A stretch of DNA of 64,000 bases, taken from Acidobacteriota bacterium. Its GTDB lineage: Bacteria > Acidobacteriota > UBA6911 > RPQK01 > JAJDTT01. The notes under the pieces are model-generated. The model did not search any database, was not told the origin of the DNA, and was given only the letters and a program-made list of their open reading frames with translations. The position numbers and the translations under genes are program-made. Location of the stretch: positions 4,000,001-4,064,000 of the forward strand of contig OZ242374.1 in NCBI GenBank assembly GCA_965209055.1, given 5' to 3'. Numbering within the stretch: position 1 is the stretch's first letter; each line of letters opens with the position of its first letter. This document shows positions 46,863 to 56,141 of the stretch, piece after piece.

Positions 46863-49388
46863 TCACCGGCTGGCGGCAACCAACATCGGATGGTCCAAAG
46901 TATCCCCATTGGCCTGGAATCCGTGTCCGTCAGTATCCACGTAAATTGGATTCGTGAACGCCACCGGGTGCATCTTTGACTCGGGGCTCCGGCCCCAGCC
47001 TTTCTCCAGATTGGAGTTCTCGCCGGTGGCCACCACGATCAGGTGGGTGTCCCGCTCCAGTTCCACCTGGATCTCTTCGTCGAAGTTCACGACTCCATTC
47101 CGAAACATGCCGGGATGAGAATTACGCGTGTAGTTGTACCGTGGGTCCTGGCGGCTGTTGACCAGAACCTGGACCCGGTCGACGTCCAGCCAGTTGGGCG
47201 TCTGGACTCGGACCTTCAGGACCACCGACCCCTCTGAGATCACGCTGGACCCGATGGGCAGCCCATCCCCGGTCTCGACGTGCAGGAAGGGCCCGTTGGT
47301 GATCATCATGCGTCCCGCCTTGGAGTTGGCGATGACCTCCGCCGTATCGATCTTCCCTGGATCGTCGGTCGAACTGGGCACGTAGGTCCTCCAATTTCCC
47401 ACGCCGTTTCCGCCGAAGACCCGGTGGGCGTCGCTCACGGCGACGCACCACATGTGGCGTCCCTGGTTCAGCATCTGGAGCCAGCCGAAGGTCCGGTTCT
47501 CCCGTTGGGCGATCCCGCGCCGGTTCCGCACCGGATATGTGGGGTTCGGGTTCAGGATCTCGGCGCTCCAGACCTCGGCCGCGTCGATGAGTTCTTCGAA
47601 ACCGACGAATCCTCCATCGCCCATGCCGTCTCGGTCCCGGTCATTGAAGACGTAACCCACTGTCGGGTGATTGGCCTGGACCCAGCGGTCGGGTCCGCCG
47701 CCGAAGATATTGCGCAGGACGATGGCGTTGAGGCGGGGGTCATACTGCCAGATCGGCGCACCGCCGTCCTGCGTCAGCGGCGAGTACTTGAGGGGAAACG
47801 AGTTGAAGTGCTGGCCCTGACCCGTGAGCTCGATGCCGGGCACGGTTCGCAGCAAATCGGACAGACCCAGCTCGTCGATGTAAGGCTGCCAGTCGTAGAT
47901 GCGGTTGTGCTCCGTGGTCGGGATGAACTCCAGTTGTTCGGCGGCGAAGTTGATGATCCGGTCGTAGGTGTTGCAGTGGTTGTCGCCGCTGGGGGAGGAG
48001 TGGGAGTGGTAGTCGGTGCTGATCCAGCCGGTGGTGTCCACGGATCGTTCAAGAGTGGCCTCCACCGCCACGGTCTCCCCTGCGGCGACGGCGACCCGGC
48101 GTTCCACCAGGTTGAACTCGGGCCCCCGCGTGATACGGATCAGGTAGTCGCCCGCAGGAACCTGCTGGGTGAAAGCTCCGTCGTGGGAGTGGTACTGGTG
48201 ATCGCAGCCATGGGCCCGATAGTCCGTGCCGAAGTTGGGCGTTTCGGTCCCGTCGACACCCAGAAACTGGACCTTGGCCGGGGACGGATTGCCCCGGGAA
48301 TCCCGGACCCGGAAGCTTATAGCCGAGGCCACCGGCGGGGACAGGTCTAGATTGGCGGTCTTTCCCGCCGATACCTGGAGGTTCAATTCCTGATCGGGCC
48401 GTCCCAGGTCGGTGAAACGGATCGAATGATTCCCTGGAGGAAGCGGGAATGAAAACCGTCCTTCCGCATTGGGATAGAGGGGGAGATCGGTTCCACCGAC
48501 GTTGAACAGCAGAGAGGATCGAATGGCCGGCTTCCCACTCTGGTCCACGGCGCTCCCCGTCACAGTCCCGGTCGGGCTCAGGACGGACGCAACCTGACCG
48601 TAGGCGGCCAGGGGGCTGTCCGCCACCGCCAGTGCAATCCCGAACTTTTTCTTTTCCCCAGGCCCCAACTCGACCTCTGCATCCAAGCTGGACAGCCCCT
48701 CCCTCTTCAGAGGCGCCCAGGCGTAGGATCGCTTGTCGAACGGATCGATGCTGTCGGCGACTCGAATCGCGCCGGCTTCCCACGTTTTTGAGAACTGAGC
48801 GAGGCGCTCGTATGCCGGTGGTGATTTCCAGACCGGTTGCGGCTGAATCTTCCGGGCCTCGCCGGACTGATTGTGAAACGTCGAAAGGATCTCGACATGC
48901 TGCCACTCCGGCGCCAACCGGTAGACGTGGCGCTGGTAGAGTCCGTCCCCGCTGGCCGCCGTGCGGACGGTTTCGATCTCGGCCCGGCCGCTGCTGCCGT
49001 CACTCACGATCCGGACGTAGCTGACGGGACCGGAAAGGTGTCCGGGCCGGAACGAGGTGATCTGGTCGTTGCCGGCGCCGGCCAGATCCAGGTCGAACAG
49101 AGTCCCCGGAATAATTTTGTACCGGTCATGCATCATGTTGGCCCGGCGTTCGGGCAGGTTTCCCCCAATGAGGGCGTGGATGCGATCGTTCCGAAGCACG
49201 AAGTCGCCGATGATGCCGTCCGCTTCCTTGCCGGCCGGCAGAAGATCCGTATTGTGTCGTCCGATCTCGACGGCTTCGGCTCCTCCTTTCTGGGCGACGA
49301 GAATGGCTGCCAACCACACGGCCATGCCGGCAACGAAGAGCAGCGGGATTCGGGGAAGACGCGAAAGTATCGAGGAGTTTGTAGACAT
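46863..49388 (-). CDS. CehA/McbA-family PHP metallohydrolase, secreted
   Basis: DYHSHS, TTEHN, GIE, NHP, SDAH and FTNPIYVD motifs. Confidence 0.85.
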   Translation of the reverse strand: MSTNSSILSRLPRIPLLFVAGMAVWLAAILVAQKGGAEAVEIGRHNTDLLPAGKEADGIIGDFVLRNDRIHALIGGNLPERRANMMHDRYKIIPGTLFDLDLAGAGNDQITSFRPGHLSGPVSYVRIVSDGSSGRAEIETVRTAASGDGLYQRHVYRLAPEWQHVEILSTFHNQSGEARKIQPQPVWKSPPAYERLAQFSKTWEAGAIRVADSIDPFDKRSYAWAPLKREGLSSLDAEVELGPGEKKKFGIALAVADSPLAAYGQVASVLSPTGTVTGSAVDQSGKPAIRSSLLFNVGGTDLPLYPNAEGRFSFPLPPGNHSIRFTDLGRPDQELNLQVSAGKTANLDLSPPVASAISFRVRDSRGNPSPAKVQFLGVDGTETPNFGTDYRAHGCDHQYHSHDGAFTQQVPAGDYLIRITRGPEFNLVERRVAVAAGETVAVEATLERSVDTTGWISTDYHSHSSPSGDNHCNTYDRIINFAAEQLEFIPTTEHNRIYDWQPYIDELGLSDLLRTVPGIELTGQGQHFNSFPLKYSPLTQDGGAPIWQYDPRLNAIVLRNIFGGGPDRWVQANHPTVGYVFNDRDRDGMGDGGFVGFEELIDAAEVWSAEILNPNPTYPVRNRRGIAQRENRTFGWLQMLNQGRHMWCVAVSDAHRVFGGNGVGNWRTYVPSSTDDPGKIDTAEVIANSKAGRMMITNGPFLHVETGDGLPIGSSVISEGSVVLKVRVQTPNWLDVDRVQVLVNSRQDPRYNYTRNSHPGMFRNGVVNFDEEIQVELERDTHLIVVATGENSNLEKGWGRSPESKMHPVAFTNPIYVDTDGHGFQANGDTLDHPMLVAASR

Positions 49389-49514
49389 GACGCCAATTAT
49401 CCGGCGTTTGGCGTCAGAATCAAGTATGGAGAACGTCAAACAGTTGAGAATATTGCAGTTGTGACGATTGGAGAATGGCCGCCCCGGATGTGGTAGCCTG
49501 TGCCGGTTTCAAAT

Positions 49515-51158
49515 ATGTCCGTATTTCGTCCTGATTCCCCGATAAAGCGCCGGAGTTTCCTGAAAAGGGCCATGGCTGGGTATCTCCTGGCGCCCGGAAT
49601 CCCGGTTCTCGCCGAGTCTCCGCTGACACTGTCCCGCGAGCATGTCAAGGCGGTTCACCGCAAGCGCCGGATCGTCATGATGCAGGACGCCTACGGCGAC
49701 GGCCACGGAGCGACTCCTTTTGGGGGCGATTTCGCCTCCTGGCTCCGCTACCGGTTCTCCTATCTGGACGAGCTGGAGACCCAGATCGACGCCATCTGGT
49801 GGGACATGGCCGCCCTGGCCGTCTATCCCAACCAGGGATTTCCGGCGGACGTCCAGGCGCGTTACGATGCCTTGGCCGGCGCAGGGACCGACCCTCTGAA
49901 GGCGTTGGTGGACGGTACCCACAGCCGGGGGCTGGAGGCCTTCTTCAACCACCGGATCAGCGAGGTGGAGCTGGACGGCAAGACCTTCCGGCTGAAGTCC
50001 GAGAACCCAGAATGGGTGATTCCCACCTGGTGGCCCCACGGCATGTGGAATCTGGCGGCCCCGGGACTGCAGGACTTCAAGCTCAGGAATTTGCGCTATC
50101 TGGCGGAGAATTACGACTTCGACGGCCTTCAGATCGACTTTGCCCGGCACACGCCCGTTCTTCCCCCCGGGCGGCAATGGGAGCTGCGGGAACGGGTCAC
50201 GGACTTCATCCGCCGGGTCCGGCTCATGCTCCTGGGTGTCGCGAAAAAACGCGGTCGTCCCTTCCTCCTGGCGGTGAGAGTGCCCAAGAGCGTCGAAGGC
50301 GCCAAGGCGGACGGCTTCGACCTGGAAACGTGGGCTCGGGGCCGCCTGGTGGACATCTTCACCATCGGAACCCGCTCGCAGGAGGTGGACGTGGCCTCCT
50401 TCCTGTCCATTGCGAAGGGCCGGGACATCAAGGTCCAGCCCTGCTGGGACGACCACCACGCTTCGGATGCCTACCAGTGGCAGCCCATCGAGTTCCTGCG
50501 CGGCGTGTACAGCAACTGGTGGCGCCAGGGCGCCGACAGCGTGGTCACCTGGAACTGGAGCAACGCGACGCGGAACACTTGCGTGCGTATGGGCATCCGT
50601 CCGGGTCCCGGCTCCCACGGCCAGGGGTATCGGGAGCTGGGAAGCCTGGAGAGCATGCGCCTTCGGGACAAGATCTTCGCCCTGGACCGGCGCGGGGCCT
50701 TTCCCTGGGCGGAAGGTTTCTTCAGCCGGAACGCCGACGCCCGCTTGCCGCTGCGCTTGAAGGAGGGAGGACAACCGGTCCGCCTGGATCTCAGGATCGA
50801 AGAGGCCGTGGCGGCCGCGTCTGATCGCGTCGACTCCCTCAAGCTCCGGATCGTGCTTTTCGGCGCCGGACCGGAGACGATGGTCCGGGCCCGTTTCAAC
50901 GGCGGCGCCCTGACTCCGGTCCTCAGGGATGCCGAGTGGAAGGATGTCCAGATTTTCTCGCCCCGTCCCCAACCCAATTCGGGGAGGGCGGCAAGGCAAC
51001 GCGTCGACCCGGACCAGAGGCTGCTCAGGATCGAATACGAACTCGATCCCAGCACCTGCAGGGTCGGCCTCAACACCACCGAGTTGGCCCTTTCGACTGA
51101 AGGGGCAGGCGAGGTGGTCAAACTGGAGAAGGTGGAGGTCCACCTCAACTATTCATGA
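49515..51158 (+). CDS. Tat-exported glycoside hydrolase-like (GHL10/DUF187-type TIM barrel) protein
   Basis: RRSFLK leader; YDFDGLQIDFARH, LAVRVP and GFDLETW motifs. Confidence 0.7.
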   Translation: MSVFRPDSPIKRRSFLKRAMAGYLLAPGIPVLAESPLTLSREHVKAVHRKRRIVMMQDAYGDGHGATPFGGDFASWLRYRFSYLDELETQIDAIWWDMAALAVYPNQGFPADVQARYDALAGAGTDPLKALVDGTHSRGLEAFFNHRISEVELDGKTFRLKSENPEWVIPTWWPHGMWNLAAPGLQDFKLRNLRYLAENYDFDGLQIDFARHTPVLPPGRQWELRERVTDFIRRVRLMLLGVAKKRGRPFLLAVRVPKSVEGAKADGFDLETWARGRLVDIFTIGTRSQEVDVASFLSIAKGRDIKVQPCWDDHHASDAYQWQPIEFLRGVYSNWWRQGADSVVTWNWSNATRNTCVRMGIRPGPGSHGQGYRELGSLESMRLRDKIFALDRRGAFPWAEGFFSRNADARLPLRLKEGGQPVRLDLRIEEAVAAASDRVDSLKLRIVLFGAGPETMVRARFNGGALTPVLRDAEWKDVQIFSPRPQPNSGRAARQRVDPDQRLLRIEYELDPSTCRVGLNTTELALSTEGAGEVVKLEKVEVHLNYS

Positions 51159-52030
51159 AAATCAGAATTGCGACTTGCCAATTTCCCGTGACCAGCGACA
51201 TCCGGAGCAACCTGGGCTATGTGAAAAGACAGATGAAGGCGGCCCGCGACAAGGGAGCCGACCTGGCCCATTTTTCCGAGTGCTGCCTCGGCGGCTATGC
51301 CGGTGTCGACCTGCCTTCTCTTGAGGGTTACGACTGGGACCTGCTCCAGCGTTCAGCTCGGGAAGTGACCGAACTGGCCCGGGAATTGGGTCTGTGGGTG
51401 ATCCTTGGGTCGAACCATCGCCTGAGCGGCGGTCATCTTCCGCACAACAGCCTCTACCTCATCGATCCCCAGGGGAGGGTCGTGGACCGTTACGACAAGC
51501 GGTTCTGCACCGGTTCCAGGACCCAGGTCCAGGATGACCTGAGCCACTACAGTCCGGGCAACCGGTTCGTGGTCTTTGAAGTCAACAGTGTCCGTTGCGG
51601 CATCCAGATCTGCCATGACTTCCGCTATCCGGAGCTTTACCGGGAGTACAAACGGCGGGAGGTTCAGCTGATGTTCCACTCCTACCATAACGGCGGAATG
51701 ACGCTGGAGCACAAGCGGAAATATCACGACGTCTGGAAGGTGCTGGTGCTTGCCACCATGCAGACTTACGCCGCCAGCAACTACATGTGGATCAGTGTCA
51801 ACAATACGACGCGCCGCCACAGCAGCGGCTCGAGCTTCGTTGTGCAGCCGGACGGTCTGATCGCCGCACGGTTGCCGCTGCACCGAGCCGGAGTCCTGAT
51901 ATCGACCATCGATACCGAGGCGCCCTTTTACGACGCGTCGAAGGAATGGCGACCCCGGGCGATGCGTGGCGTGTTCCACAGCGGCACGCCGGTGGACGAT
52001 CTCCGGTCCAAAGACCGGACCTGCCTATGA
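51155..52030 (+). CDS. Carbon-nitrogen hydrolase (nitrilase) family protein
   Basis: Catalytic triad contexts FSE, YDK and QICHDFRYPE. Confidence 0.9.
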   Translation: MKIRIATCQFPVTSDIRSNLGYVKRQMKAARDKGADLAHFSECCLGGYAGVDLPSLEGYDWDLLQRSAREVTELARELGLWVILGSNHRLSGGHLPHNSLYLIDPQGRVVDRYDKRFCTGSRTQVQDDLSHYSPGNRFVVFEVNSVRCGIQICHDFRYPELYREYKRREVQLMFHSYHNGGMTLEHKRKYHDVWKVLVLATMQTYAASNYMWISVNNTTRRHSSGSSFVVQPDGLIAARLPLHRAGVLISTIDTEAPFYDASKEWRPRAMRGVFHSGTPVDDLRSKDRTCL

Positions 52031-52128
52031 CCGGTTCCGTTGGTTTGTGACAGACAACGGAAACGCGGGCGTCTCACTCGAACTCCCGTTGGATTCAGCA
52101 CCCAGGTTTTCTCAGCGGATTTTTGGAG

Positions 52129-52326
52129 TCAGACTTTCCTCGCGCTTCCGGCAGCTTTGAGGATGGCGTTTGCCGTGTGGCGGCTCTTCAAGTTTCGAGG
52201 AATCACCGGAATTTTGCCGTTTTTCAGACGTTTCCATTTTTCGTGGGAACCCTTTGCGTTTTTCCAGTACGCGAAACCCCGTTTTGATATTTCTCTGGTT
52301 ACGGAATTGTAGAGACTGCCAGGCAA
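52129..52326 (-). CDS. hicA: HicA-family toxin
   Basis: AKGSHEKW...VIP...HTANAILKAAG. Confidence 0.85.
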   Translation of the reverse strand: MPGSLYNSVTREISKRGFAYWKNAKGSHEKWKRLKNGKIPVIPRNLKSRHTANAILKAAGSARKV

Positions 52327-52327
52327 G

Positions 52328-52582
52328 CTATGCGGTCGCCCTTCCCATATCTGGATGCTGCCACAGAATTGCTGGGATCAAGTCCTTGAAAGAATGCTCA
52401 GCGATCTCTGGAGCAGTCCAGTGGTTCACAATAATCAATTCAGGGGCCACGTCCATCATGATGGTCTCGAACTCCTCTAGATCGGCTGCCTCGATATGTA
52501 AGCCTTCTATATCGCTTCGGGAGTAGAAGACCTCTGCTTCGGCATCCCAAACAGCTTGCACTCTAAAGACCCGCTTCATCAT
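52328..52582 (-). CDS. DUF1902 / HicB-like antitoxin
   Basis: VQAVWDAEAEVFY...SDIEGLHIEA...APELI. Confidence 0.8.
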   Translation of the reverse strand: MMKRVFRVQAVWDAEAEVFYSRSDIEGLHIEAADLEEFETIMMDVAPELIIVNHWTAPEIAEHSFKDLIPAILWQHPDMGRATA

Positions 52583-52770
52583 TCGCTCTCCTGTTCGAAG
52601 AATCTAACCGAAGTCTACCACCACTTTTCGTCAGGAATGTTGTTCGGTGGCATGAGTTAACGATCCCAGGCCGCTTGCCGCCAAGAGTCGTAGCGAAGGC
52701 ATCATTCCCCAGATGGAAAAATGGCGATGGTACTCACCACATCTTCTTGGACTCCTTCGGATTTGCTCCG

Positions 52771-54408
52771 TCACCCATACCGGATCCAGACTCTCAATTC
52801 CTCCAGCGTCAGCAGTTCGGAAGGGTCTCCGGCGTCAGGAGGCTGAACCGTCACGAGGAAGGAATTCTCGCCGTACCGCAGGTCGCGGGTCTCCCAACCG
52901 GACCAGCCCGGCTGGTCCGCGCCTGCGGCGCGCGGACGGGGTTGGCCCTCTCCATTGACCCGCCAAGTGACACGGTCATCCGCGGTGGAGTCGGCCCACC
53001 GCGTCTCGACCTGGACGCTGCTGGCCCGTTCCGGCCGGTCGGCGATCTTCAACTTCAGTTCGAATCGGGCGGACCCCGCCTGGGTGGCGAAGGAGAGGGG
53101 CAGTTGTCCCGGCCAGAGGCTCTCGTTCATGTACCCGACCCGCTTCCGGTCCAGGTCGATCTGGTACATCTTGTCCAGGCCCGCCAGGACCTCCGGCTCA
53201 CCGATCTCATGGAGGGAGTCGAACCGGGCGGGGTCGAGGAAGTTGAAGGCGTGCAGGCCGTCCACCCCTTCGTCCCAGAGCCTGTAGGCGGCCCCCCGGA
53301 TCGCCTCCACGTGATCGAAGACGAACTTCCAACTCAGGCCGCCGTAAACCGGGATGCCGTGGTTCCGGCCCATTCGGATCCATTCCTGCACCGGAAAGGA
53401 GTAGGGGAGGGAACCGAAACCGGCGATCAGGAAGTCCACCCAGCCGCGGGCCACCCACTCCTCCACGTCCAGTCCCACCGCGAGGGCCAGATCGGGGGAG
53501 TCGGGGACTCTCATGGACAGGAGAATGGGCCGTCCCCTTTGTTTCCCGCGCTGCTCCAGGACCTGGTGGATGCGTTGGATGAGGTCGGTCATCACCGGCA
53601 GGTGGCGCCGCTCCTGTCCGTAGCGGAAGAGCAGGGGATGCCGGCACCAGTCCAGCTCGATCCCCTCCAGGTCGTAGCGCCGGCAGGCTTCCCGGACCAC
53701 GCCCAGGAAATGGTCCCGCACCTCGGGGCGGGCGTAGTCGTATGCGGGCCAGGAGAAGGAGATGGGGCCCAGCGAACTGTTGCGAAAACGGTCAATGGTG
53801 CGCCTGCCGCCGTTGCCCCAATACTCCAGCAGCGCGTCGTGAGGATGATCTGCGGATTCACCGTTGATCCAGGGCAGGAACGTTTCCTGGAACCGCTCGG
53901 GACTGATGCGGGACTGGAGGAGATGGGGGTTCTCCAGTTTGAGCGGAGTCCAATACTGGATCCCCGAGTAAACGGCGCAATGGACGTCGTTCATGCGGAT
54001 GGAGAAGAAAAACTCCATGTTGTTGTCGTGGGCGAACGTCACGGCGGGCTGGACCGGATCGGGGCCCAGGGCCTGGATGTTTTTGCGGGGCAATTCCCAA
54101 TGAGGGATGGTGGCCAAGCCGCAGTGGGCCAGTCCGTTGACGTGGGTCCCCTTGAGATGGTTCATGCGCAGGGCGAGATAGTCGTCGACAGAATCGAACC
54201 GTTTCGGCCAGTGAGGGCGCCGTCCCAGATCCTGGGCTATCCCCGCCAGGTCGTCGGCGTCGTTGTTCCAGATGATCCGTTTCTTGCGGCTGCTTTGCTT
54301 GGATTGCTCTTTGCCCGGGGAGCAGCCGGATCCAGCGAGGGCGGGCAGCAGCGTCGTGGCGGTGGTAGCCGCCGCCGTGTTTTTGAGGAATCGTCTTCGG
54401 TTCTGCAT
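52771..54408 (-). CDS. Tat-exported GHL10-like lipoprotein
   Basis: RRRFLK...AGSGC leader; RIIWNNDA, SIRMNDVH, YDLEGIELDWCRH and GLDVEEW motifs. Confidence 0.7.
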   Translation of the reverse strand: MQNRRRFLKNTAAATTATTLLPALAGSGCSPGKEQSKQSSRKKRIIWNNDADDLAGIAQDLGRRPHWPKRFDSVDDYLALRMNHLKGTHVNGLAHCGLATIPHWELPRKNIQALGPDPVQPAVTFAHDNNMEFFFSIRMNDVHCAVYSGIQYWTPLKLENPHLLQSRISPERFQETFLPWINGESADHPHDALLEYWGNGGRRTIDRFRNSSLGPISFSWPAYDYARPEVRDHFLGVVREACRRYDLEGIELDWCRHPLLFRYGQERRHLPVMTDLIQRIHQVLEQRGKQRGRPILLSMRVPDSPDLALAVGLDVEEWVARGWVDFLIAGFGSLPYSFPVQEWIRMGRNHGIPVYGGLSWKFVFDHVEAIRGAAYRLWDEGVDGLHAFNFLDPARFDSLHEIGEPEVLAGLDKMYQIDLDRKRVGYMNESLWPGQLPLSFATQAGSARFELKLKIADRPERASSVQVETRWADSTADDRVTWRVNGEGQPRPRAAGADQPGWSGWETRDLRYGENSFLVTVQPPDAGDPSELLTLEELRVWIRYG

Positions 54409-54443
54409 GGTCCCTCCTGGCGGACGGGCGACTGTCTTGTCGC

Positions 54444-54548
54444 AGGAGGGGCGATTTCTAATCGCCCAATCTTCGTTGCTGAATTGGCATTGTGAAGATC
54501 GGCGGTTGGAAACCGCCGCTCCTTCGGCGGCAAGAAAGCCGCCGCTCC
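54444..54548. repeat. REP/REPIN-like composite palindrome, copy 2 (with an extra half unit)
   Basis: GGGCGATTTCTAATCGCCC...GGCGGTTGGAAACCGCCGCTCC plus GGCGGCAAGAAAGCCGCCGCTCC. Confidence 0.75.
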
Positions 54549-54552
54549 CGGA

Positions 54553-55950
54553 TCACTCGCTGATGCAATAAAGAGCGTCCTGGCTGCGCAGAAAGAGCTG
54601 GTTGTCAACGATGACCGGCGACGAGATGAAGAAGTGGTCCGGCATGGAGTTGACCGCCTCGACGTTGTATTCCTCACCCATTTTGAGAACGATGACGTCA
54701 CCCTGTTCGCTGGCCAGGTAGAGCCGGCCCCCGGACCCCACCGGCGAGGCCTTGAACTGGTAGGGATTGGGCAGGCGCTGCTGGTGGTAGAAGGGTTTGC
54801 CCGTGTCGGCGTCGAAGCAGCTGATGAGTCCCCGGTCCGTCAGCACGTAGAGCTTCCCGTCGGCATAAACGGGACAGGCGGTGTAGGCGTTCCCCCGTTG
54901 GTTGGTCCAGAGGACCGCGTCCGTATCGGTCAGGTCACCCGTTCGGTCCAGTCGAATGGCCAGCATGTTGGGACTGCGGTGCCCCGTCATCACGATCACC
55001 GTGTCCCGGTGGCGGACCGGTATGGGGACCGGGTTCAGTCCCAGCCCGCCGCATTCCCAGATCAGGTCGCCGTTGGCGATGTCGTAGCTGCGGACCCGGT
55101 TGTCTCCGGTCACAATGACCTGGGTTTTTCCCGAGTGCTCCGTGACCAGCGGAGTGGTCCAGGTGCTCCGCTCGTCCCGGTCGCGGCGCCACAGTTCTAT
55201 CCCCGTATTTTTGTCCAGAGCCATGATGAAGGACTGGCCTTCATGGTCGAAGTTGAGAATCAGAGTATCGCCGTGAAGGACCGGCGCCGTCCCCTCACCG
55301 AAACCGTTGCGCATTCTCATTTTCACGCCGAAGTTCTTTTTCCAGGCCAGATTCCCGTCCAGGTCGTAGACGAAGAGGCCCCGGGAGCCGAAGAAGGCGT
55401 AGAGGTGGCGGCCGTCGGTGGCAGCGGAATTGGAGGCGAAGCTGCCGTAACGCCGGTGGTAGCCCTCGTGAGGCGTCTCTTTGGTTGCTGTCTGCCGCCA
55501 CAGGATCTTTCCCGTCTCCTTGTCCAGGCACAGGACCTCGAACTTGTGCTCCACCAGGGTCATTTGCATGCGGCGCCGGAATCGTTCCCGCAAGCGCCGC
55601 CGTTCCGGGTCGGGCCTGCCCTCGCCTCCTCTCTCCGCTCGCGGCCGCCGGGGAGGCCGATTCGGACCGCGTCCCGTTGCGTCGGGGATGGGGGACGTGG
55701 GGATGGCGGTGGTCAGGTAGATCCGGTCTTTCCAGATGATGGGTGTGGAATGCCCCTTCCCGGGGATGGGAGTCATCCACTTGACGTTTTTGGTGGTGCC
55801 CCACCGGACCGGCGCTCCCGTGCGGGCCATGCCGGTGTTGTCGGGACCGCGCCAGTTGGGCCATTGGTCATCGAAATCGGCCGGGGGCGGAGACGCGGCG
55901 GCCAGCGACAAGCCCAGGATACCGGCAAAGATCAAAGATGTTCTTTTCAT
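54553..55950 (-). CDS. PQQ-binding-like beta-propeller repeat protein, secreted
   Basis: WPNWRGP, GHSTPIIW, repeated G-x-x-x-W blades, SSPVI. Confidence 0.88.
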   Translation of the reverse strand: MKRTSLIFAGILGLSLAAASPPPADFDDQWPNWRGPDNTGMARTGAPVRWGTTKNVKWMTPIPGKGHSTPIIWKDRIYLTTAIPTSPIPDATGRGPNRPPRRPRAERGGEGRPDPERRRLRERFRRRMQMTLVEHKFEVLCLDKETGKILWRQTATKETPHEGYHRRYGSFASNSAATDGRHLYAFFGSRGLFVYDLDGNLAWKKNFGVKMRMRNGFGEGTAPVLHGDTLILNFDHEGQSFIMALDKNTGIELWRRDRDERSTWTTPLVTEHSGKTQVIVTGDNRVRSYDIANGDLIWECGGLGLNPVPIPVRHRDTVIVMTGHRSPNMLAIRLDRTGDLTDTDAVLWTNQRGNAYTACPVYADGKLYVLTDRGLISCFDADTGKPFYHQQRLPNPYQFKASPVGSGGRLYLASEQGDVIVLKMGEEYNVEAVNSMPDHFFISSPVIVDNQLFLRSQDALYCISE

Positions 55951-56141
55951 GAATTCTCCCTCCCAGCATCGTCAGGCTTGGTACCGGTTCCAAGAGACGG
56001 CGGGTCTGTTCGCGACAATAGCAGTCCCTGGCGAAAGTCGCCACGCCGGTCCCGCGGTTTTGGCGACCCGTATAATTCGGGCTGCTACAATACGGCGCTG
56101 CGATTGCAACGATTGAGGATTGGAACCGAGGAGAACTCGAA

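Noticed and set aside
52602-52663. Possible integron attC (ATCTAAC...GTTAACG)
   Set aside because: Right box does not fit GTTRRRY, internal pairing is poor, and there is no integrase
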